Assembly (NCBI GenBank): GCA_010909165.1
Contig: VJWM01000355.1
Location: forward strand, 1-42,380
DNA: 42,380 nt
Source of the DNA: Anthoceros angustus
Lineage: Eukaryota; Plantae; Anthocerotophyta
Direction of reading: 5' to 3'
Shown one piece after another: positions 35,011-42,380 of this stretch. A program made the translations under genes and the position numbers. A model generated the notes under the pieces. It ran no database searches, was not told where the DNA came from, and saw nothing but the letters and a program-made list of their open reading frames with translations. The stretch's first letter is position 1. Each line of letters opens with the position of its first letter.

Positions 35011-35149
35011 GTCAGAGGAGTCCGAAGATGAGGCCCATAGAGAAGGAGTAGCCTTTGGAAGGTAAGGCTTATGAGAGATTTTCCCGAAGAGGGATCCGAG
35101 ATAGGTAAAATAGGGAACATATGTAGATCCATGTAGAAGACCTAGAGTT

Positions 35150-35810
35150 AGAACCTAGCAAGGTAGTCAAGATTTCTAAGTACCTAGGTAGAGAAAGAGT
35201 TTCAGAGGTGCTTAGAGTATGTCGATGTGTTTGCCTTCAAGATTATGACAGGATACCGAAGAACTGGAATACATCGAATCGACTGAAGGAGGGCAAGACG
35301 AGGATCAAGCAATACAGTGAATCCCAAGTATTCCATGGTTGTTAAGGACCATACTATTTGGTGATTTACCCGGCTCACCGGGAGTGGGTCGCCCATCGTG
35401 ATTGTACCAAGAAGCAGCAGGAAAGGTCGGTGTGTCAAGATTTTGAAGCTCAATGGCAACGAAGAAGGATCATCACCCTTTACCTTTCATGGACAAGTGG
35501 ACATCGGACATGAGATGCAGCTTCTTGATGGATATTCGGTACAATCAAATTTCACGAAGGAGGATCAGACAAGACAACATTCACGACGGATTGGGGAACT
35601 TGCCTATTCAAGCTCCCTTCGGCTTGTGCCCCGCCACTTTCCAGCGGTGGTGAACGCCGAGATTTTCGAGGAAGTTCATGGAGGTATTCTCGGATGATTT
35701 GTTTGGGAGAAGGAACTGCATTTAGACCATTTGAGGCAATGTTTTCGTATGGAGTCAACATGAAACTTCATCCGTGGGAAGTGTTATTTTGGTATGTGTG
35801 GGCTGGTGCA
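35150..35810 (+). pseudogene. pol: Athila/Tat-type reverse transcriptase fragment
   Basis: EYVDVFA, RIKQY..NPKY, SPIVIVP, ATKKDHHPLPFMD, LDG.S.YNQI, PFGLCPATFQR and a decayed Y.DD region; truncated after the MKLHP.KC motif. Confidence 0.88.
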
Positions 35811-36099
35811 CTGGGAGTTAAGAACAAGTAGGGTTTCGCTTTTTTTAGGATTGAAGGATAAATAAGGGAAGGAGGAATAAATTGGGGTAGCGCCGGACGA
35901 GGCTCGAGTATACTCCTGAGTGAACAACGGACCCCAGACCACTATGGCAAGCTCCGACCACGGGAGTAACGGATAAGTCCGGAACCCACCTGTGTCAAAA
36001 CAGGATAAGTACGCCAGGAAAGTAACCTAGGAGGAGGAGGATGACGAGGCGGCGCCACGTGGACGGCCCCGAGTGGAGGTCGGGCATGCAGAGGCAGAC

Positions 36100-38023
36100 C
36101 GTAACCTGCCGAGGCGCAGGCAGTGTATTCACGCCCGCCGCGCGAAGGCCGCAGTGAAGCGAGGGTCGAGTAAGCCATGCACGCGCTACGGACAACGAAG
36201 AGGCGCCTTCGCCAGCTTACTTTCCACAAGCGCCGCCAAGGAGGGAGGTCATACCGCGCAGCCTCCATAATCACAGCCCTTGCGCCCGCAATCCGCTCGC
36301 GCCATCTTTTGGGCGCCACCGCCTTAGAGCGCGCGCACCGCCAAGGTTGGAGCAACAACGCGCGGCGGAGGAACATCGTGCCGGACCGCCAGCCGCCAAA
36401 AGAACAAGAGGAGGAGAAAGCAATGGCACCCAAAAGCCGGCGGGAGCCATGGACCTGGAGCGCAACATTGTGACCCGCGCTATCCATCCGGCCCCGGAGG
36501 AAGGGGAATTGGTGCAGGAGTGGCATCCGGACGTGTTCCAAATGGTCCGTTTGACGCTACCTAGTCCGGAGTTGCCCGAAGATGCCGGGCGATCAACAAG
36601 GAGGTCCGATCCAAGAACCTCCGGAGGACCGAGGCGATGGACCTTGAGGTCCCGAGGATGGCCTACAACCGCCCAAGGAGGAAGAAGGGGCGTGGTGCCG
36701 AGCCCCTTAAGGCTAAGGGAAGATAGGCCGCCCACGCGCGATGCCGAGGCTCGAACGCAGGACAACCAACGGATGGTTGATATCCGATCCGCCGATACGA
36801 GTAAGGGCGGTAGCCCGATCATTGTCCATTGAACTCACCAAGGTGGATCACCTTGGTGATAACCTGGTATTCTCGCATGCGCCCAATGGGAAGAGAGCGG
36901 ACGGGAAGGATTATCTTCGCCCGGCCTGGGCCAGAGGCACGAAGCTAAGGAGCGAGAAGCCTCGCCATCGGGCCCATACACCGATCTCATGTATGGGGAC
37001 ATTTCGAGCCCTCAAGGAGGAGAGCTTGAGGGCGCCCAAGGGGCCGGAGGCCCCGCTGTAAGTAGAGCGTGCAAGGGCGCCTGAGGTGGGGGTCGCCCTT
37101 CAAGACCAAGCGACTGGGAGGAGGACGATCGAGGATTCCTGACTCCATACGTCTGAGCGAACCCCTCACCACCTGTGGAAGTTTGGGAGGCGATTCCCCT
37201 TCCTCCTTTTGGTGCCCCTCCGAGCAAAGACAGTGAGGGAGCCGATGCCGGAGGGCGCTGCGGCCCGACCGGTAATGCCAACAACCACGACGGCTGCCGA
37301 GCCCCGACGAACTCAACGGGAGCCGAAGAGGCGGAAGACGGTGCCGCTTACCAACGCAAAGACCTCGAAGGTGCCGATTCTTACCCCCGCCCACGAGTGG
37401 CAAGAGGTCAAGAGGCGAAGGAGGGCGTAAAGGGACGTGGCCCAAGGAGCAGGAGGTCACCGGCAGCACACCCCGAGCCGGGCCTGCCCCGGCTGTGAAG
37501 GGGCAAAAGAGCTTGCTCCCTGACCCTCACCTCCTCCTCCGAGCCCTGTGAGAAGAGGGCACAAAGGAGTTAGAGGCCAAGAGGGCCAAGAGGGTGAGAC
37601 TGACTCACCACTGTGACCCGAGGGTCCCGATTAGGTCCGAGAACCCACCGACTTACCCCGGACGCGGTATGGAGGTCCTTGGCGGATCGAGAAATGCCGG
37701 CCCCACTACGGACTTTGTGGGGGCCTCACTCGGCCGTGGAAGAAACACGGCGAAGTCCTGCCACCGGCCATGGACGGAATGCTTTGGGGTCTCGTGGTAC
37801 AGCGGAGAAGACCTGTGAAGTGGAGGCCACCCGAGGAGGATGGTGGAACCCAAGAGCAAGTGAAGGCCGAGGGCAAAGGAAAGGCGGAGTCCCTCGCCGG
37901 ATCGAGGAAGGGAAACGCCGGGTGGCGGAGCGCGAGGCCCGGGCGGTTCAGCAGATCGGGTTAAGGTTCTTCACCAGGCGAACAAATCAAGCAAGCCTGG
38001 GAGGCCCAAGGAAGAACTTGGTG

Positions 38024-38054
<31 letters not shown>

Positions 38055-38850
38055 CCCGGCACAAGCAGAGAGCTCGACCGCGGAGGCCCGGCCAGAGCCG
38101 CCAAGTGGGCGAGGCCTGTAAAGGCGGCGAAGGAGCCTGTCAAGGCAAAGAGCGACCGGATCACCATGACGTGATCGAACCGTGGAGAGAGTCACAGCCG
38201 AGGTAACTCAAGGCCGCAAAGGGCTATGGAGCAGGGCCAAAGGAGGAGGAGGAGGAAGAGGAAAGGATCGAGGAGATCTCCGCACAGGAAGTAGAGGAGA
38301 GGCAGCAGATGGAGGATGAAGGACACTGGAGCTACAACCCAAGATGCGCTTGAGCAAAGCAGTGATTCTCAACGAGAATCCACGACTGAGCACGCAGAGT
38401 GCCAGCCCGCCTCAAGACGGAGGAAAATCGGCGACTATCCAAGGAGTTGGACGCTGCTGCTGCTGTATGAGCCGGAGGAAGTCCGAGCCTGGACGGAGGT
38501 ATCCGACCGAGAGGAGAGTCATGAGCTAAAGGCCGTAATGAACGAGGAGCGCGAGCACCGGAAGCGTAAAAGAAGCCGCCGTCCGAGAAAGGCGGAAGGG
38601 AACGCTATGGCGGTAAGCCGGCAATGGAGAGGAAACGACGGGAGCCGAGCAAGTGAGCAACAGGGCATGCAGGAGGTGACCGAGGCCGCCTTGTAGCCTC
38701 GTGATACGCCCACCACAACCGGGCAGTGAGAGGTGGCCCAACAAGCCGGGCAAAGACGCCTCCCTAACACTTATGAGGGAGACGGTGCCCGCACACGTGG
38801 AAGAGGCAATTCAACAAGTCGATCTGACTTTGCCTATTACCACGCCGAGC
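36100..38850 (+). pseudogene. Extra ORF of a second, divergent Athila-like family (D)
   Basis: ELVQEWHPDVF and NGKRAD(W)GRIIFA..SP.GPYTDLMYG (~36885-37000) parallel the A/B core G.K.DWG.IMY..YLAP..HL, followed by Glu-rich and coiled-coil-like segments. There is no nucleotide-level similarity to A/B that I can see. Confidence 0.45.
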
Positions 38851-39132
38851 TCCAAGAAGCCTCTCGACCACGAAACGGACGGACCGGAAGGCTCAAGGAG
38901 ATGAAGGCCACGGGACAAAGACAGGACCCTAGTGGCCCTGCTTGGAGATGACGGGAGCGCGGAGAGGAGCAACCTGAGGAGCGTAACGAGGGAGCGCGGA
39001 TGCGATCGAGGTAAGCCCCGCACCTCACCATGGAAGGAGGGGCCAACGGCGAGTCACCGCGATCGGGAACATGGAGGACTTCGAGGGAGAGCCACGGAGG
39101 AGTCCCGTGAGGGAGGAAACCCGGTGGGCGTG

Positions 39133-39300
39133 AGTCCGACTTTGTCCGACCCCGAGGGGAGGCCGACCAAGTCCGACCAGAATAAGTCCGGACTCAAGTC
39201 CGACGAATAAGTCCGACCAAGTCCGACCTAATAACCGACCCCGAGGTCCGGACCCTGCAGACAAGGCCTGACCCAGCCGGGCCGACCTGAATAAGCCGAC
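39133..39300 (+). repeat. Short tandem motif array (AAGTCCGAC[C]) upstream of the LTR
   Basis: About 8-10 copies of (AA)GTCCGAC / AATAAG(T)CCGAC read directly. Confidence 0.85.
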
Positions 39301-39385
39301 TAGTTCGTGGAGTCGAGACAGACCTCGAGGACCGGATCGGGCAAGAAGGAGGAGCCCCTTCGACTTACGCTTAGGGGAGCAGAGC

Positions 39386-40270
39386 TGTGGCCCCACCGGC
39401 GGACCTGTGGAGGCTGTGGGAGGATGACGCCGTGGTAACGGCGGTTGTCGATCACGAGCCCAACCCGGCTGTGATTCCGGGAGAGGAGGGGCCCCGCCAC
39501 GGATCATCCGATTGGGTGCACCACAACCGCTGTGACGGGATTGACCACCCATTCCGAGGCGGGCCTGTGACCTTCCCCCACACGAAGGAGATAGGGGGAT
39601 AGGCGGTAGGCGGCCGATTAGGTATACCGAGCTATCACGTAATAGGGGTGTAATAAAGACGCCGCCTTGGGCGCAGATAAGAGGGCCGAGGCCTAGTAAA
39701 GCATCTTTCTTGGTGTTGATGCCGCTGCTCTGCACCTTTGTGAGTCTTCTTGCTAACGTGAGTCCCGAGTCACCGAAAGGTGCACGACCCGGGAGATTGA
39801 TCAAGGTCCCGAGACTTAACGCTGCTGTGGTGTGTGCAGGAAGGGTGATCGTGATCCGTGCTCGCGAGCCGCGTCCGACACCGAACTGACCGAACGTGAG
39901 CCGGAGGAACTCCGGAGGGCGTGTAGAGCCCGGACGGAGAGGCCCGCGAACGACGGAGGAGGTCCGGATCACAGAACCGCTGCTTTTCTAAGATCAAGAG
40001 TGTAGCGTGAGGGGAGAGAGGAAAGGATCGATGCGTGAGGATGGCGTGAACGATACGGACGCGAACGGTCTCAAACGCTTGGCCATACCGGCCTCAGACG
40101 GTGAACGGTAGAGTAGTTAGGAGTATGTGTGTGTTGACCGAACGAGCGCTAAGGACGGTAAGAATCACCAAACGCGGTAAACGGGCCTATCATTCCCTTT
40201 GGGAACGGACTTCTTCCTACAACGACACGGATTGTGCGCGCGCCTACCTCCATCGAAAAGTCACGCCACA
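39386..40270 (+). repeat. Candidate LTR of family D/E
   Basis: The 3' end is fixed by GCCACA|PBS at 40270. The 5' end is inferred from TGTGGC after the purine-rich TAGGGGAGCAGAG. There is no second copy in the window. Confidence 0.55.
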
Positions 40271-40292
40271 TTTTTGGCGCTGCTGCCGGGAA
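40271..40292 (+). other. tRNA-Asp-type PBS (Athila type)
   Basis: CA|TTTTTGGCGCTGCTGCCGGGAA versus the consensus TGGCGCCGTTGCCGGGGA. Confidence 0.8.
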
Positions 40293-40539
40293 TGAAATCG
40301 GTGGTGCCGCAGTGCGCCCTTAGGGAAGAGAAGGTAAGTGAATGCGTGAGGGTCGAGCGACGGTCAAGAGTGAACTGGAGGATCGGACGTGGTCACTCTC
40401 GGCCTCCGAGCTGTGAGAGGGAGAGACGCCAAACCCAACGAGAGAGCACCGCCGAGGAGGGAGAACGTGGTCGAATTGTCGACCAAGACGAGTACGGGTA
40501 CAAGGGACGCCAACGGAAGAAGGTAGGAGCCCCACGCCT

Positions 40540-41800
40540 AACCCAATCGATGGCGCAGCCATGGCCCCTACCGACCAAACAAGCGCATCCATATTCGGAG
40601 GAAGAAGGAGCGGATGCGAGACCTTTGTGGAGGACTTCATGTCCAAAGCCAACTTCAACGGAGGGGAGTCGACGCCAGCCATCCAGTTTTCCAAGGGGTT
40701 CTCCGAGGACAACGCTCAATGGTATCGGAGAAAGTACCGACCACCGGAGAATGCCCCACCCGCCTCGCTTGAAGCTTTGAAAATGCCTTCTTAGAACGGT
40801 TTCGAGGGATCACCAGAGGGGTATGTATTATCAAAGTTGGAAAATCAAGCGAGGAAGAAGGAGAAGGGCTCAGACATCGAGCGGTTCTATGCCCCGAGGA
40901 TCGCATCCAACCCATACCACGATGCAAGCGTGACGGTGGTTCGCGCCGGTCTAGCCAAACCCATGGCTGTGCACGCCCCGCCGCTAGCCGAGAAGGACGT
41001 GGCAAGGCGGTCGAGCGCCGAAAACTACGAGGAATCGCTACATCGAGGATAAAGAACCGCCAAGGAGGCAAGAAGAAGAAGAAGAACGGGTTCGATCGAG
41101 GAGGAGGAGGAGGAGGAGGAAGACCAACGAGGTGTCTGGAGGAGGAGGAGGAGGAGGAGGAGGAGGAAGAGTATCCCGCAAGAAGAAGAGCAAGAAAGCC
41201 CCGCTAAAAAGAAGGTGGTAAGAAGGAGGTGGTGACACCAAGACCGTCCGAGAAGCTCCACCGGACCCGACTCCCTAAGGAGGTAGCGTGTCCGCGGAGG
41301 ACCGGAAAAGTGATAAAGAGAGTAGAGGACCGCGATAAACTGTGTTAAGGACCGAGCGCGGAAAACACCGACCACGGCGAACGATTCGTGTGCCGTGTGC
41401 CAAGAACACGCCATTCGTCCAACCGCCTCAAGGCCGGCATCAAGTGGACTACGACAGGAGGAGGAGGAGGAGGAGGAAGAGGCCTATCGTATGTGAAGCC
41501 CTCTCCGGGCCGCGATATCCCAAAACCATGTATCCGCCAACCGGAGGTCCACAATACAACGGGCCCCACCGATGCAAAGACCGCATGGGAGCCCTTCGTA
41601 TCCTCCAGACCGGTCTGGGAATCATGGAATCCGCCATTACTCCAACGCGTGTCCGCACTCAACGAGGTGGTAATGGGGACTTCGGGATTCGGTCATGTCA
41701 AAAGCAACATGCGATCGGGCACACCGGATCATCGGGGATGACACACGGAAAAGGCAACCAAGGAAAAATTAGCCGGGACAACGAAGAAGAGGGTCATCGA
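40540..41800 (+). pseudogene. gag: gag of Athila-like element E, with poly-Glu linker and decayed zinc knuckles
   Basis: TFVEDFMSKANF..FSKGF..NAQWY..PPASLEAL, then KLENQARKKEKGSDIERFY..VRAGLAKP; (GAG)n tracts at 41095-41170; CAVCQEH and FGHVKSN knuckle remnants. It follows the PBS at 40271. Confidence 0.7.
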
Positions 41801-41989
41801 CAACTTACAAAAATCACGAGTTTGATTCCCGTAGTCCACTAGGAGGCTTAGAGGTAGAAGAGGCCGGAGTGCGGTGCGTCACCATGTGTGTTGGAAGGGC
41901 GGGGTGTCGGATCTGAGAGCTAAGGTTGCTAGCGGTGAATGTCGAGCCATAGGAGAGTCTTCTTGATAGTAGGGGCTACTGGGCTAGCA

Positions 41990-42380
41990 TATTGTTAGAA
42001 AACCTATTGTGCATCATAGGGCCACCTTGCCTATTGCCACGGGTGCCTCTGGTGAGGACTTTTTGAGCTTGTCCCCATCGGACTTTGCTTTGCGCATATA
42101 GGATTTTTGATTGGACCTCAACTCTGTTTCATCAAGCGATCGCATTCTTCCGTGAAGGAAGGAGGCGATCATTTCTCTATCATGAGTTTTCTTGATCCGA
42201 GAATGCAACAAGGAGCCTTTGGGTGGGGTTAGTGGCAAATGCAGCGGCACCATCCAAAGATCATTTCACGTACATACATGAAGGAAATGTGGCTTTCACA
42301 CAATCACGGTTTTGGCCAGCATTCAGAATCTTGAAGGCAAGCCATTGAACACGGAGGCTCGCCGAAAGAACTCATCCAAA
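41990..42380 (-). pseudogene. Probable Ty1/copia gag fragment running off the window edge
   Basis: Minus strand LDEFFRRASVFNGLPSRF.MLAKTVIVK.. resembles the UBN2 'L.GLP..F' segment. Weak. Confidence 0.35.

Noticed and set aside
39025-39972. 315-aa antisense ORF across the repeat array and LTR2
   Set aside because: Low-complexity Pro/Gly/Arg-rich translation of GC-rich repeat and LTR sequence; no domain signal and no second copy to show conservation.

Overview
Eukaryotic, plant-type, transposon-saturated DNA. I see no host gene, rRNA, tRNA or CRISPR array. Left to right: (i) 1-4172 is the right-hand end of a CACTA (En/Spm) DNA transposon, with several tandem and simple repeats, palindromic subterminal motifs and a CACTA TIR at 4158-4172; (ii) ~5560-6200 is a possible En/Spm-type transposase remnant; (iii) 6218-12410 (minus) is an Athila-like Ty3/gypsy 3' half (integrase, long extra ORF, 3' LTR); (iv) 12420-16620 (minus) holds Ty1/copia fragments (gag-protease, a second gag with PBS, RT-RNaseH); (v) ~16606-24015 (plus) is a Ty3/gypsy element (gag, PR, RT, RH, INT) whose integrase ends in a complete PHD finger and which interrupts the copia RT; (vi) 24020-25490 (minus) is the rest of that copia pol; (vii) 25545-41800 (plus) is a chain of Athila-like pieces in which two single LTRs are each preceded by a 3' extra ORF and followed by a tRNA-Asp-type PBS and gag, with an internal 1.15-kb duplication and an extra-ORF segment where protease should be; (viii) a probable copia gag fragment at the right edge. 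All coding regions are heavily frameshifted, so coding coordinates are approximate and domain calls rest on motifs read across frames by eye. The most notable items are the in-line integrase-PHD fusion, the large Athila extra ORF, and the repeated single-LTR tandem or permuted architecture. None can be claimed as new without database comparison, and some junctions could be assembly chimeras.
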